A stretch of DNA of 64,000 nucleotides, taken from positions 444,407-508,406 of the forward strand of contig CAWKCE010000005.1 in NCBI GenBank assembly GCA_963848085.1, written 5' to 3'. Position 1 is the stretch's first letter, and the number at the start of each line of letters is the position of its first letter. The notes below the pieces were generated by a model. The model was not told where the DNA came from. It saw only the letters and a list, made by a program, of their open reading frames with translations, and made no database searches. The DNA comes from an uncultured Actinomycetota bacterium (GTDB lineage Bacteria > Actinomycetota > Actinomycetes > JAHEKZ01). Made by a program: the position numbers and the translations under genes. Of this stretch, positions 51,751-64,000 are shown piece by piece.

Positions 51751-51802
51751 TGCCGATCCTCTCCTCACCACTCGTGCGCTCGCCGGCCGGTCGAACGTCA
51801 GG

Positions 51803-53788
51803 TCAGTCGTGCTCGATCTCACCGATCACCTTGCCGCCCAACTGCTGCGCAACGAGGTCATGGCCGCTGAGCCCAGTGTCGTCGGCATCGGCGTCGTCCG
51901 CGTCGACCGACTCGTCTACCGGCGGGTCGTCGGCCCTGCCGCGACCGACGGCCGGGCCGTCGACCTTGGCGGCCTCGGCCCGAGCCTCCGCCGCCGAGGC
52001 CGGCACCGGCTTGCTGGCGGCCCGGGGCGTGGGTGGGGCTGGTGCGGCGCCGCCGCCCGGCCCCGAGGGGTCGAGAACGGCGACCACCGTGACGTCGACG
52101 CCGAGAACGTCGATGACGGACTGCCGCACCAGCTCGTCCTTGCCGCCGCTGGCGAACGCCTTGACCGACCCCGGGTCGGACAAGCCGATCGTGAGCTGCG
52201 AGGTGTCGATGTCCATCACCTGGGACTTCTCGAACAGCATCATCCAGACGGCCCGACGGTGCTCCTTGACCCGGTCGAGGACCGACGGCCACAGCCGCCG
52301 CACCTCGTGCAGGTCCATTCCCGCACTGCCCCGTTCCGGCACACCGGCCTTCTCGCTCGGCTCTCCAGAGGTTTCGGGACCCGACGCAGGCGGCGCCGGC
52401 ATGACCTCCGACTCCGGGCTTGGCTGCACTGGCGGCTCAGCCGGTACCGACTGCTCGGTCGAGCCCGTTGAGGGGACCGGTGCGCCGGCAGATGGGACGG
52501 AGTGGGCCTGGGTGGTCGCGTCGGGGGCAGGCGCCGGCGCGGGAGCCGGCTGCCGCTGGGGAGCCCGCCGAGACGAGGCTGCGGGCTCGGTGCGCTCGGG
52601 CTGCTCCGGTGGGGGCTTGTCGCCGGCGATCTGCAGCCGGCGCTCCAGGCGGTCCAGGCGGGCGCCGAGACCGACGTCGGACGCGCCGGCGGCCGGCAAC
52701 AGCAGCTTGGCGCAGACCAGCTCGAGCTGCAGCCGCGGAGCGGTGGCGCCGCGGAGCTCGGTGAGCGCCGTCGCCACGAGGTCGGTGGAGTGGGTCAGCC
52801 GGGGCAGGCCCAACCGGTCGGCCTGGGCGGCCATCCGCTCCTGCTGGTCGTCCGGCGCGGCCACCAGCTGCTGCGAGAACGCGTCGGGGACCGCGGCCAC
52901 GATCACGAGGTCCCGCAAGCGCTGCATGACGTCCTCGAGGAAGCGCCGGGGCTCCTGGCCGGAGTCGATCACCGCGTCGACCGCACCGAACACCGCAGGC
53001 CCGTCCGAGGCGGCGAACGCGTCGACGAACTCGTCCAGCAGCGCCGCTGGGGTGAAACCCAGCAGCTGAACGGTGCCCTCGTAGGTGACTTCGTCGCCGA
53101 CCGACCCACCGATCAGCTGGTCAAGGACGGACAACGAGTCGCGGACCGACCCGGCCCCCGCCCGCACGACCAACTGCAGGACGCCCGGCTGGACGGTGAT
53201 CCCCTCGTGCCCGCAGACGACCTCGAGGTAGGTCTCCAACGACCGGGACGGCACCAGCCGGAACGGGTAGTGATGGGTGCGGGACCGGATCGTGCCGATG
53301 ACCTTGTCGGGCTCAGTGGTGGCGAACACGAACTTGATGTGGGAGGGCGGCTCCTCGACGAGCTTCAGCAGGGCGTTGAAGCCCTCCTTCGAGACCATGT
53401 GCGCCTCGTCGATGATGTAGATCTTGAACCGCGACGACGCCGGTGCGTAGAAGGCGCGCTCCCGCAGGTCTCGGGCGTCGTCGACCCCGCCGTGGCTGGC
53501 GGCGTCGATCTCGATGACGTCGATGCTGCCCGGTCCGCCGCGAGCAAGATCCCGGCAGCTCTGGCACTCACCACACGGCTCTGGACCCGGACCCTGCTCG
53601 CAGTTGAGGCAGCGGGCCAGGATGCGGGCCGAGGTGGTCTTGCCACAGCCCCGTGGTCCGGAGAACAGGTAAGCGTGGTGGACCCGGTCCTGCCTCAGCG
53701 CCTGCTGCAGGGGACCGGTGACGTGGTCCTGTCCGATGAGGTCGCCGAACCGCTCCGGGCGGTAGCGGCGGTACAGGGCCTGGGACAC
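51803..53788 (-). CDS. dnaX: DNA polymerase III subunit gamma/tau
   Basis: ALYRRYRP, SGPRGCGKT, EIDAAS, IDEAHM, IRSRT, GSVRD. Confidence 0.97.
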   Translation of the reverse strand: MSQALYRRYRPERFGDLIGQDHVTGPLQQALRQDRVHHAYLFSGPRGCGKTTSARILARCLNCEQGPGPEPCGECQSCRDLARGGPGSIDVIEIDAASHGGVDDARDLRERAFYAPASSRFKIYIIDEAHMVSKEGFNALLKLVEEPPSHIKFVFATTEPDKVIGTIRSRTHHYPFRLVPSRSLETYLEVVCGHEGITVQPGVLQLVVRAGAGSVRDSLSVLDQLIGGSVGDEVTYEGTVQLLGFTPAALLDEFVDAFAASDGPAVFGAVDAVIDSGQEPRRFLEDVMQRLRDLVIVAAVPDAFSQQLVAAPDDQQERMAAQADRLGLPRLTHSTDLVATALTELRGATAPRLQLELVCAKLLLPAAGASDVGLGARLDRLERRLQIAGDKPPPEQPERTEPAASSRRAPQRQPAPAPAPAPDATTQAHSVPSAGAPVPSTGSTEQSVPAEPPVQPSPESEVMPAPPASGPETSGEPSEKAGVPERGSAGMDLHEVRRLWPSVLDRVKEHRRAVWMMLFEKSQVMDIDTSQLTIGLSDPGSVKAFASGGKDELVRQSVIDVLGVDVTVVAVLDPSGPGGGAAPAPPTPRAASKPVPASAAEARAEAAKVDGPAVGRGRADDPPVDESVDADDADADDTGLSGHDLVAQQLGGKVIGEIEHD

Positions 53789-53892
53789 CTGCGAAACCCT
53801 AGTCGCCGGTACCGACCGCACGTCACCGGTCGAGCGGCCAGGCACACCCAGCTGGTGCGGTGCGGCCCGGCCGTCGCGTGGCCCGCCGCAGA

Positions 53893-53985
53893 GGTGACCC
53901 CCCGCGCACCCGCCAGAGCCCGCCTACCCTTGCTGCCTTCCGGCCCTGGGGGAGTTCAGTGGGGTAACGCCGCACGAGGGGTCGC
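53893..53985 (-). ncRNA. ffs: Signal recognition particle RNA
   Basis: Minus strand long hairpin with conserved CAGGGCCGGAAGGCAGCAA domain IV; upstream of dnaX. Confidence 0.93.
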
Positions 53986-54169
53986 TGCCCATGTTACCCC
54001 CAGCACCCTGACCACCTGGCGTGGTCATGTCGTCGACACCGGGCGGTAGACCACCCGATCCCGACAGCACCGCCACCACCGGTCGACGATCACGCCGGCA
54101 TTCATCTGTTGGCGTCCTTCCGCCGCGTGTACAACTGACCCCAAGGGGCAACGTCAACCGGAGGCGGGA

Positions 54170-54586
54170 ATGACCGACTACAAGGCGCTGGCACAGCAGA
54201 TGTTCGATGACGTGCGTGCCGGAAGTGACATCGACGCGGCTATCGAGAAGTACATGGCCGAGGACTTCGTCGAGCACGAGGCGATCCCGGGCATGGACAA
54301 CACGCGAGAGACTCCACGCCGGCTCTTCAAGATGATGCACGTGGGGTTCCCCGACCTGCACATCGTGGTGCACGACATGCTGCAGGACGGCGACAAGGTC
54401 GTCGCCCGCATCTCGTTCGTCGGAACCCATCAGGGCGAGTTCATGGGCCTGCCCGCCAGCGGGAACGCCGTCGACATCAACGCCATCGACATCATGCAGT
54501 TCCGCGGGGACAAGGTTGTTGCCCACTGGGGCGTGATGGACAACGCGGGCGCAATGGCACAGATGGGGGCAGCGCCGCCCGGCTAG
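54170..54586 (+). CDS. SnoaL-like ester cyclase family protein
   Basis: GFPDLH, DGDKVVAR, GTHQGEFMGLPASG, HWGVMD. Confidence 0.9.
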   Translation: MTDYKALAQQMFDDVRAGSDIDAAIEKYMAEDFVEHEAIPGMDNTRETPRRLFKMMHVGFPDLHIVVHDMLQDGDKVVARISFVGTHQGEFMGLPASGNAVDINAIDIMQFRGDKVVAHWGVMDNAGAMAQMGAAPPG

Positions 54587-54642
54587 TTCACGAGGGCGGC
54601 CCATAGGCCGACCGGCCCTCCGCGGCAGATACCATCGGCCGC

Positions 54643-54730
54643 GGAGGATTCGCCTAGTGGCCTATGGCGCACGCTTGGAAAGCGTGTTGGGTGCAAGCCC
54701 TCGGGGGTTCGAATCCCCCATCCTCCGCCA
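54643..54730 (+). tRNA. tRNA-Ser(GGA)
   Basis: GGAGGATTCGCCTAGTGG...CACGC-TT-GGA-AA-GCGTG, long variable arm, GGTTCGAATCC, CCA. Confidence 0.97.
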
Positions 54731-54762
54731 CGTTGGGCAGCGCCGCGGCAGGAAGGTCGCGG

Positions 54763-56316
<1,554 letters not shown>

Positions 56317-56332
56317 TGACTACCCTGCCGGG

Positions 56333-56911
56333 GTGAGCATGTTCACCCCGATCGGCGCGGGAGGGCACGGCCCCGTCCACCGGCGGAGCTGGCCTCGCAT
56401 CGTCGCCGCGCTCCTCGTGGTGGCTCTCATCGCCGGGCTGGGGGTCGCTGGCTACTGGTGGTTCATCGGCGGTGGCAGTGACGACCGTGGAGCCGCCACC
56501 ACCCCATCACCGACCGCGTCCTGCCGGACCCCCCAGGCCCGACTGCCCGACCCCCTCCCACCGCGCCGCCAGGTGGAGGTCGAGGTCCTCAACGGCACCG
56601 ATCGCAGCGGGCTGGCCACTCAGACTGCCGACGAGCTGGCGGTAGCGGGCTTCGACGTCGTCGCGTACGGCAACGCCGACCGGACCGTGGACGGGGTCGG
56701 CCGAGTCACCTACGCGAAGGGTGACCTCGCCTCCGCGGTGGTCGTCGCGTCGTACTTCCCGGGCATGACCCTGAGGCGGGTGGACCGCAACACCGGTGGT
56801 GTCGTGACAGTGACCCTGGGCGCGGACTTCGACCAGCTGGCAACGACTCGCGAGGCGAAGGACAACGTTGCCACCGTCGCGGTGCCGACGCCGCCGCCCG
56901 TCTGCGACTAG
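56333..56911 (+). CDS. LytR C-terminal domain membrane protein
   Basis: TM helix, [15 protein letters not shown]...[12 protein letters not shown]. Confidence 0.88.
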   Translation: MSMFTPIGAGGHGPVHRRSWPRIVAALLVVALIAGLGVAGYWWFIGGGSDDRGAATTPSPTASCRTPQARLPDPLPPRRQVEVEVLNGTDRSGLATQTADELAVAGFDVVAYGNADRTVDGVGRVTYAKGDLASAVVVASYFPGMTLRRVDRNTGGVVTVTLGADFDQLATTREAKDNVATVAVPTPPPVCD

Positions 56912-58092
56912 GCCGAGCCCCACCCCGGCGACAGGGCTACCCCGCCACGCCAGACTCCCCGCACGAGCGGGACCCCCGGCCGGTAAGACAGGTGGACGAA
57001 CGAGGGTGCATCCAGGACCGCCAGGTCCGCCGCTGCACCGACGCCGAGGTGCCCCACGTCAGCCCGCCGCAGGGCGCGGGCGCCACCGGCAGTCGCCGAC
57101 CAGACGGCCTCGGCCGGGGTCATCCGCATCTCGCGCACGGCCAAGGCGATAGCCAGCGGCATCGACGTGGAGTAGCACGAACCGGGGTTGCAGTCGGTCG
57201 CCAGAGCGACGGTCGCACCGGCGTCGATCAGGCGCCGCGCGTCCGGGTAGGCCGACCGCGTCGAGAACTCGACCACCGGGAGCAAGGTGGCGACTGTGCT
57301 CGAGCTCGCCAGGGCTGTCACATCCTCGTCGGACAGGTGCGTGCAGTGGTCGGCCGACGCCGCTCCCAGCTCCACCGCCAGCTGGACGCCGGGACCCGGT
57401 CCCAGCTGGTTCGCGTGTACCCGTGCCCCCAGCCCAACCGCCATCCCCGCTGCCAGCACGGAACGCGCCTGGTCGCCGTCGAAGGCGCCGCGCTCGCAGA
57501 ACACGTCGACCCACCGGGCGTGCGGAGCGCAGGCGGTGAGCATGTCGCCGACCACCAAGGCGACGTAGTCGTCCGGCGCCCAGCCCTCCGGGACGACGTG
57601 TGCCCCGAGGTACGTGGTCTCGGACGTGAGCCGCTGCGCAACCTCAAGGGCCCGACGTTCGTCGGTCACGGTCAGGCCGTACCCGCCCTTGATCTCGACG
57701 GTCGTGATCCCCTGCCGAGCCATTTCGTCCACCAGGCGGCGAGCATTCGCCCAGAGCTCGTCGTCGGTGGCGGCGCGCGTCGCCGCAACGGTGGAGCGGA
57801 TCCCGCCGGCCGAGTAGGGCTGACCAGCCATCCGGGCCGCGAACTCCGCCGAGCGGTCGCCAGCGAACACCAGGTGGGCGTGGCTGTCGACGAAACCGGG
57901 CACAACAGCGCAACCGCCAACATCCACCCGCTCGTCGGTGGCAGGAGCATCAGCGGCGAGTCCGACCCACTGCACGACGCCCGCGTCCACCACGACGGCA
58001 GCCTCGACCAGCAGGCCGAGGGGCGACCCGTCACCGAGGCTCGGATCGTTGGTCACCAGCTCACCGATGCCGGTGACCAACGTGGACGTCAT
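56908..58092 (-). CDS. hutI: Imidazolonepropionase
   Basis: [45 protein letters not shown]. Confidence 0.95.
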   Translation of the reverse strand: MTSTLVTGIGELVTNDPSLGDGSPLGLLVEAAVVVDAGVVQWVGLAADAPATDERVDVGGCAVVPGFVDSHAHLVFAGDRSAEFAARMAGQPYSAGGIRSTVAATRAATDDELWANARRLVDEMARQGITTVEIKGGYGLTVTDERRALEVAQRLTSETTYLGAHVVPEGWAPDDYVALVVGDMLTACAPHARWVDVFCERGAFDGDQARSVLAAGMAVGLGARVHANQLGPGPGVQLAVELGAASADHCTHLSDEDVTALASSSTVATLLPVVEFSTRSAYPDARRLIDAGATVALATDCNPGSCYSTSMPLAIALAVREMRMTPAEAVWSATAGGARALRRADVGHLGVGAAADLAVLDAPSFVHLSYRPGVPLVRGVWRGGVALSPGWGSA

Positions 58093-58096
58093 GTCG

Positions 58097-59764
58097 TCAC
58101 CCTTCCCGCATCGGCACCCGCACGCCACGCTCGACCGCGACATCCACTGCTCGGTCGTAACCGGCGTCGACATGTCGGATGACGCCCATGCCTGGGTCGA
58201 CGGTGAGCACCCGGCGGATCTTCTCGGCGGCCAGGTCGGTGCCGTCGGCGACCGTCACCTGCCCGGAGTGGATCGAGCGACCGATACCCACGCCCCCACC
58301 ATGGTGGATCGACACCCACGAGGCCCCGGACGCGGTGTTGACCAACGCGTTGATCAGCGGCCAGTCGGCGATGGCGTCCGACCCGTCGATCATCCCCTCG
58401 GTCTCCCGGTACGGGGACGCCACGGAGCCGCAGTCCAGGTGATCGCGACCGATCACGATCGGCGCCTGGATGGTGCCGTCGGCCACCAGCTCGTTGAAGC
58501 GGGCGCCGGCCTTGTCACGCTCGCCGTAGCCGAGCCAGCAGATGCGGGCCGGCAGGCCCTGGAAGGCCACCTGGTCCTGTGCCTTCCGGATCCACCGATG
58601 GAGCTTGTCGTCGTCCGGGAACAGGTCGAGCACGGCCTTGTCGGTCGCCGCGATGTCTCGCGGGTCGCCGGACAGCGCGACCCATCGGAACGGCCCCTTG
58701 CCCTCGCAGAACAGCGGACGGATGTACGCCGGGACGAATCCCGGGAAGTCGAAGGCTCGGCCGAAGCCCCCAAGCCGGGCCTCGTCACGGATGGAGTTGC
58801 CGTAGTCGAACACCTCGGCACCGGCGTCCATGAACCCGACCATCGCCTCCACGTGCTTGGCCATCGAGGCGCGAGCCCGGTCGGTGAACTCCTCGGGCTT
58901 GGCAGCGGCGTACTCGTGCCAGTCCTCGACCGACACTCCCTCCGGCAGGTACGACAATGGGTCGTGCGCCGACGTCTGGTCGGTGACGGCGTCGACCTCG
59001 ACGCCGCGCCGGAGCAGCTCGGGGAGCACCGCCGCGCAGTTGCCGACGAGTCCGACCGACAGCGCCCGACGGTCACGCTTGGCGGCCAGGCAGCGATCCA
59101 CGGCATCGTCGAGGTTGTCACTCACCTCGTCCAGGTACCGGTCGTGGACGCGGCGCTCCAGGCGGCTGCGGTCGACGTCCACGACCAGGCACACCCCGTC
59201 GTTCATCGTCACGGCCAACGGCTGGGCGCCGCCCATCCCCCCGCAGCCACCGGTCACCGTCAACGTCCCGGCGAGCGTCCCGCCGAAGCGCTTGTCGGCC
59301 ACCGCGGCGAAGGTCTCGTACGTGCCCTGCAGGATTCCCTGAGTCCCGATGTAGATCCACGACCCCGCGGTCATCTGCCCGTACATGGTCAGCCCGAGCT
59401 GCTCCAGCCGCCGGAACTCGGGCCAGGTGGCCCAGTCACCGACGAGGTTCGAGTTGGCGATGAGCACCCGCGGCGCCCACTCATGGGTCTGGAACACCCC
59501 GACCGGCCGTCCGGACTGGACGAGCATCGTCTCGTCGTCCTTCAGCGTGCGGAGGGTCCGCACCAGTGCGTCGAAGGATGCCCAGTCCCGGGCCGCCTTC
59601 CCGGTCCCTCCGTAGACGACCAGATCGTCGGGGCGCTCGGCCACCGCCGGGTCGAGGTTGTTCATCAGCATGCGCAGGGCAGCCTCCTGCGGCCAGCCCT
59701 TGCAGGACAGCTGCGTGCCGCGGGGCGCGGAGACGGGGCGGGGGCCGGGAGCTGAAGTGGTCAT
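58097..59764 (-). CDS. hutU: Urocanate hydratase
   Basis: [47 protein letters not shown]. Confidence 0.98.
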   Translation of the reverse strand: MTTSAPGPRPVSAPRGTQLSCKGWPQEAALRMLMNNLDPAVAERPDDLVVYGGTGKAARDWASFDALVRTLRTLKDDETMLVQSGRPVGVFQTHEWAPRVLIANSNLVGDWATWPEFRRLEQLGLTMYGQMTAGSWIYIGTQGILQGTYETFAAVADKRFGGTLAGTLTVTGGCGGMGGAQPLAVTMNDGVCLVVDVDRSRLERRVHDRYLDEVSDNLDDAVDRCLAAKRDRRALSVGLVGNCAAVLPELLRRGVEVDAVTDQTSAHDPLSYLPEGVSVEDWHEYAAAKPEEFTDRARASMAKHVEAMVGFMDAGAEVFDYGNSIRDEARLGGFGRAFDFPGFVPAYIRPLFCEGKGPFRWVALSGDPRDIAATDKAVLDLFPDDDKLHRWIRKAQDQVAFQGLPARICWLGYGERDKAGARFNELVADGTIQAPIVIGRDHLDCGSVASPYRETEGMIDGSDAIADWPLINALVNTASGASWVSIHHGGGVGIGRSIHSGQVTVADGTDLAAEKIRRVLTVDPGMGVIRHVDAGYDRAVDVAVERGVRVPMREG

Positions 59765-59804
59765 CGCTGCTTCCTGTCGGTAGTGGCGGTTCGGGAGTCC
59801 GAGG

Positions 59805-61343
59805 TCAGTCGAGGGCGCCGGTCACGGTCTCGACGGCCCGGGTGAGCGAGCCGTCGCACACGATGTGCCGGACGGCTTCGATGTCCGGAGCCAGGAAGCG
59901 GTCCGGACCCGGGCCCTGCGCGACGGCGCGCACGGCGGTGCGAGCGGCACCGGTGCCGGCCGCCGGCTCCAGCGGCGCGCGCAGGTCGAGCGCCCGTGCT
60001 GCGCTGAGAACCTCCACGGCGAGCACGCGTCCAACCGCGTCGACGGCGCGCACCAGCTTGCGTCCAGCGGACCAGCCCATGGAGACGTGGTCCTCCTGCA
60101 TCCCCGAGGTGGGGATGGAGTCGACGCTTGCCGGCACCGCAAGCCGCTTCAGCTCGCTCACCAACGATGCCTGGGTGTACTGGGCGATCATGTGCCCGGA
60201 GTCCACACCGGGGTCGTCGGCAAGGAACGGCGGCAGTCCGTGCGACCTGGTGACGTCGAGCATGCGGTCGGTTCGTCGTTCGCTGATCGACGCCAGGTCG
60301 GCAGCGACGATCGCCAGGAAGTCGAGTGCGTAGGCGATCGGCGCGCCGTGGAAGTTGCCGTTCGACTCCACCCGCCCGTCGTCCAGGACGACCGGGTTGT
60401 CGACGGCGGACGCCAGCTCGCGTGCGGCTACCAGCTCGGCGTACGTCACCGTGTCGCGAACGCCTCCAGCCACCTGCGGCGAGCAGCGCAGGGAGTACGC
60501 GTCCTGGACACGCGTGTCCCCTTCGCGGTGGGAGGAGACGATCGGGGAGCCGGCAAGCAGACGGGTGATGTTCGCCGCTGACGCAGCCTGGCCGGGGTGC
60601 GGACGCAGGGCTTGGATGTCCGCGGCGAAGACGCGGTCGGTGCCGAGCAACGCCTCGACGCTCATGGCAGCGGCGATGTCCGCCGCTTTCAGCAGGCCCC
60701 GCAGGTCGTGGCAGGCGAGGACCAACATGCCGAGCATGCCGTCGGTCCCGTTGATCAAGGCCAGCCCCTCCTTGGCGGACAGCTGGACCGGCGCCAGCCC
60801 GGCCGCGGCCAGCGCGGACCCGCCGTCCATCAGGTCCCCCGCCGCGTCCCTCACCTCTCCCTCGCCGATCAGTGCCAGCGCGCAGTGGGCCAGCGGGGCG
60901 AGATCGCCGGAGCACCCCAGGGATCCGTACTCGCGCACCACCGGCGTGATGCCGGCATTGATCAGGGCCGCGTAGGACTGGGCGGTCGACACGCGGACGC
61001 CGGTGTGTCCCGTGGCCAGCGTGTGCAGCCGCAGCAGCATCAGGGCCCGCACCACCTCGCGCTCGACCTCCGGCCCGGAGCCCGCGGCGTGCGACCGCAC
61101 CAGGGAGCGCTGCAGCGTGTCGCGCAGCTCGGCCGGAATGTGGCGGGTGGCGAGGGCGCCAAAGCCGGTCGAGACGCCGTAGGCGGGACGCGCACCGGCC
61201 GCCAGGACGTCGATGTGCTCACGGGCGCGGGCCAAGGCGGCCAGCGCCTCGTCAGTCAGCACCACCGGAGCACCGTCGCGGGCAACCGCCACGACGTCAG
61301 AGGCGGGCAGCGCGGTGGGGCCGACGGCGACAGGTGAGGTCAT
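59805..61343 (-). CDS. hutH: Histidine ammonia-lyase
   Basis: [20 protein letters not shown] (MIO motif as CSG), [26 protein letters not shown]. Confidence 0.97.
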   Translation of the reverse strand: MTSPVAVGPTALPASDVVAVARDGAPVVLTDEALAALARAREHIDVLAAGARPAYGVSTGFGALATRHIPAELRDTLQRSLVRSHAAGSGPEVEREVVRALMLLRLHTLATGHTGVRVSTAQSYAALINAGITPVVREYGSLGCSGDLAPLAHCALALIGEGEVRDAAGDLMDGGSALAAAGLAPVQLSAKEGLALINGTDGMLGMLVLACHDLRGLLKAADIAAAMSVEALLGTDRVFAADIQALRPHPGQAASAANITRLLAGSPIVSSHREGDTRVQDAYSLRCSPQVAGGVRDTVTYAELVAARELASAVDNPVVLDDGRVESNGNFHGAPIAYALDFLAIVAADLASISERRTDRMLDVTRSHGLPPFLADDPGVDSGHMIAQYTQASLVSELKRLAVPASVDSIPTSGMQEDHVSMGWSAGRKLVRAVDAVGRVLAVEVLSAARALDLRAPLEPAAGTGAARTAVRAVAQGPGPDRFLAPDIEAVRHIVCDGSLTRAVETVTGALD

Positions 61344-61396
61344 GTGCCCATGAAAGGGGTCCGCCGCACCGGTGTCTGCGCCCCGGGATGAGAAAC

Positions 61397-61414
61397 TGTC
61401 CGGGATACCGGACA
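61397..61414. promoter_or_regulatory. Probable operator of the IclR-type hut regulator
   Basis: tgtccgggataccggaca is a 16/18 palindrome between divergent hutH and the IclR gene. Confidence 0.65.
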
Positions 61415-61426
61415 CCAGGAGCGCCG

Positions 61427-62248
61427 ATGACCACGCCGACCACGCACCAGGCGCCGGATGCCGCCGACAAGGTCCCGGCGGTCACCCGCGCGGTCGGCGT
61501 GCTCCGGGTCCTGGCGGCCCACCCGGACCCGGTGCGGGCGGCGACCATCGCCCGGCAGCTGGGGCTCCCCCGTTCGACCGTCTACCAGCTGCTCGCGGCC
61601 CTCGAGGCCACCGGGCTGGTTGCCCACCTTCCTGAGGAGCGGGGGTACGGCCTCGCCGTGGGGGTCTTCGAGCTCGGCTCGGCGTACCTGCGCAACGAAC
61701 CCCTGGAGCGAGTGTCGCGGCCACTGCTTGCTCGGCTCGTCGAGCAGGTCAACGTCACTGCCCACCTGGGTGTCCTGCACGGACGCGAGACGCTCTACCT
61801 GCTCAAGGAGCAGCCGGTCGGCGCAGCCCCGTTGGTGACGGCAGTGGGAGTCCGACTGCCCGCCCACCTGACCGCGTCTGGTCGGGCGATGCTCGCTCAC
61901 CTCCCGGCTGCCCAGATCCGGGCGCTCTACCCCAACCCCGCAGCCTTCGTGAACCGGACCGGAGCCGGCCCCACCCGGCCGACGACGCTGCGGTGGCTGC
62001 TCGCCGACGAGCGCGCGCGTGGCTGGGCGGAGGAGGACGGCCAGGTAAGCCCCGGACTGTCCTCGGTCGCCACTGCGGTCTTTGACCACCAGGCACGACC
62101 GGTCGCGTCGATCGGCCTGACTTTCCCGTCCGAGGACTACCCGCCTGAGCGTCGAGAGATGTTGGCGTCGGCCGCCGCCGACGCGGCGGACTGGCTCACT
62201 CGTCGGCTCTCCGGCCGGCATCCGGACGGTCAGTGGAGCGGCGGCTAG
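61427..62248 (+). CDS. IclR family regulator (probable HutR)
   Basis: LGLPRSTVYQLL HTH, VGVRLPAHLTASGRAMLA; divergent from hutH. Confidence 0.92.
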   Translation: MTTPTTHQAPDAADKVPAVTRAVGVLRVLAAHPDPVRAATIARQLGLPRSTVYQLLAALEATGLVAHLPEERGYGLAVGVFELGSAYLRNEPLERVSRPLLARLVEQVNVTAHLGVLHGRETLYLLKEQPVGAAPLVTAVGVRLPAHLTASGRAMLAHLPAAQIRALYPNPAAFVNRTGAGPTRPTTLRWLLADERARGWAEEDGQVSPGLSSVATAVFDHQARPVASIGLTFPSEDYPPERREMLASAAADAADWLTRRLSGRHPDGQWSGG

Positions 62249-62304
62249 CCTTCGACGGTGCGACTCATGCCCGGGACCGCCGCCAACGGGACCGGAGTCC
62301 GCCC

Positions 62305-64000
62305 GTGAGCGACGAGCCACCGGGAAGCCCGGAGGGCGCTGGCGACCGCGATCCGGCGCCTGACCTGCCGCGGTTCGAGGTCGAGTACGGGGAGGGTGGG
62401 CGGCCCTTCCGCCGCGAGCCGCTGCCACCCTTCGCTCGCCGGATCCTCCCCCTGGTCACAGAACTGCGCAGCTACCAGCTGCGCTGGGTGCGCAGCGACG
62501 TCGTGGCCGGGCTCGTCGTCAGCGCGGTCGCCATCCCCCAAGCCCTGGGCTACGCGCAGATCGCTGGAGTACCGCCCGTGTCGGGGCTCTACGCGCTGAC
62601 GGTTCCGGTTGTCGTCTTTGCTCTCCTGACGTCCACCCGGCAGCTGGCGGTGGGGCCGACCACCACTGCCGCCCTTCTCGTCCCGGCGGCGGTGACCCCA
62701 CTGGCAGACGGCGATCCCGCTCGGTACGCCACCCTCGCCGCACTTCTCGCGCTGATTACCGGGGCGGTGCTTCTCGTTGCCGGGTTCCTCAAGCTCGGCT
62801 GGATTGCCGACTACCTGTCAGCGGCGGTGCTCGTCGGGTTCCTCACCGGGCTCGGAGTGACGCTGATCGTCGGACAGCTTGACGAGCTGCTCGGCATCAC
62901 GGCGACGACGGGGAACCCCCTTCAACAGCTGGTCGGGGTGGTGAAGGCCGTTCCCGACGCGCATGGGTGGACGGTCGCCGTCATGCTCGTGACGCTCCTC
63001 GTGCTGGGCCTCGGCACGAAGGTGGCACCTCGCTTCCCCACCATCCTCGTGGTCGCCGTCCTCGGGATCGCTGTCAGCTGGGTGGCGGATCTGGAGTCAC
63101 TCGGAGTGGCGGTGGTCGGCGCGCTCCCGAGCGGGCTGCCGAGTCTGGCCGTCCCCTGGTCGCCGCTGACCGACCTGCTGATCCTCATCCCGTCAGCCGT
63201 TGGTATCGCCCTCGTCGCATTCTCGGACGCCATACTCACCGCCCGCGGCTTTGCCGGACGTCGTAACCAGACCGTGAACGCCAACCAGGAGCTGCTCGCG
63301 CTCGGTGGTCACAACCTCGCAGCCGGGCTGTTCCAGGGGTTCCCGGTCGGGTCAAGCGGGTCACGGACGGCGGTAGCCGAGCGCAGCGGTGGCCGAACCC
63401 AGGTCAGCGCCCTGGTGCTCGCAGGCGTCGTGGTGCTGGTCCTCCTCTACCTCACCGAGCCCATCGGCTATCTGCCCGAGTCTGTGCTCGGCGCCATCAT
63501 CGTCTTCGCCGCCTTGAGCCTGATCGACGTCGCAGCATGGCGCGGGCTCTGGGTCGGCTCGCGGGTGGAGCTCACCATCGCGGCCATCACCACGGCCGGC
63601 ATGCTCACGGTGGGGCTGCTGCCCGCTCTCGGACTGGCCGTCATGCTGTCGGTGTTCGACGTGGCTCGACGTAGCGCGCAGGCGCATGACGCCGTGCTCG
63701 GATGGAGCCCGTCGGCGGGGCGGTTCGTCAACGTCAGCAACCACCCCTCGGCTCGGCTGGTACCCGGCGTCGTCGTCTACCGACTCGATGACCGCCTGTT
63801 CTTCGCCAACTCGCAGTACTTCAGGGAACGTGTGCGCTCGGCAATCGGTGCCGCCCCCTACGACGTCGAACGCTTCGTCTTCGACGCCGAGAGCGTCACT
63901 CACATCGACGGTTCTGGTGCCGAAGCCCTGCAGAACCTGGTGACCCAGCTCGCCGACGACGGCGTCCAGTTCGTCGTCGCGCGACTCAAGCGCCGGATGT
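62305..64000 (+). CDS. Second SulP family anion transporter with STAS; 3' end runs off the window
   Basis: Manual translation: SDVVAGLVVSAVAIPQALGYAQIAG, SGLYA, TRQLAVGP, NQELLALG, SGSRT, LFFANS, FDAESVTHIDGSG. Confidence 0.92.
   Translation, partial: MSDEPPGSPEGAGDRDPAPDLPRFEVEYGEGGRPFRREPLPPFARRILPLVTELRSYQLRWVRSDVVAGLVVSAVAIPQALGYAQIAGVPPVSGLYALTVPVVVFALLTSTRQLAVGPTTTAALLVPAAVTPLADGDPARYATLAALLALITGAVLLVAGFLKLGWIADYLSAAVLVGFLTGLGVTLIVGQLDELLGITATTGNPLQQLVGVVKAVPDAHGWTVAVMLVTLLVLGLGTKVAPRFPTILVVAVLGIAVSWVADLESLGVAVVGALPSGLPSLAVPWSPLTDLLILIPSAVGIALVAFSDAILTARGFAGRRNQTVNANQELLALGGHNLAAGLFQGFPVGSSGSRTAVAERSGGRTQVSALVLAGVVVLVLLYLTEPIGYLPESVLGAIIVFAALSLIDVAAWRGLWVGSRVELTIAAITTAGMLTVGLLPALGLAVMLSVFDVARRSAQAHDAVLGWSPSAGRFVNVSNHPSARLVPGVVVYRLDDRLFFANSQYFRERVRSAIGAAPYDVERFVFDAESVTHIDGSGAEALQNLVTQLADDGVQFVVARLKRRM

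Overview
High-GC actinobacterial (Actinomycetota) chromosomal segment, mostly the conserved backbone: murT, tRNA-Thr, holB, tmk, topA, hppA, DUF1998 helicase, Tad/Flp pilus locus with 6C RNA, acs, nhaA, marP, nth, crp, whiB4, ponA, tRNA-Pro, asd/ask, recR/ybaB/dnaX, SRP RNA, tRNA-Ser, hut genes and two SulP transporters. I saw no prophage, IS, CRISPR or recognisable defence system. The most interesting signals are small. (1) An ECF sigma/anti-sigma pair sits between acs and nhaA, bounded by an 80-bp direct repeat built from a 26-bp REP-like palindromic unit. (2) A tRNA-Thr integration scar has a tandem and a degenerate copy of the tRNA 3' half enclosing a SulP gene and a Ku fragment. (3) An RsiG-like protein with a c-di-GMP-binding motif lies next to a frameshifted crp. 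(4) There is no room for Ms1 RNA at its usual HAD/Fic position. (5) An 8-bp triple repeat at the tadB/tadC junction would fuse the two genes if one unit were lost. All calls come from reading the sequence and recalled family motifs; no searches were run.
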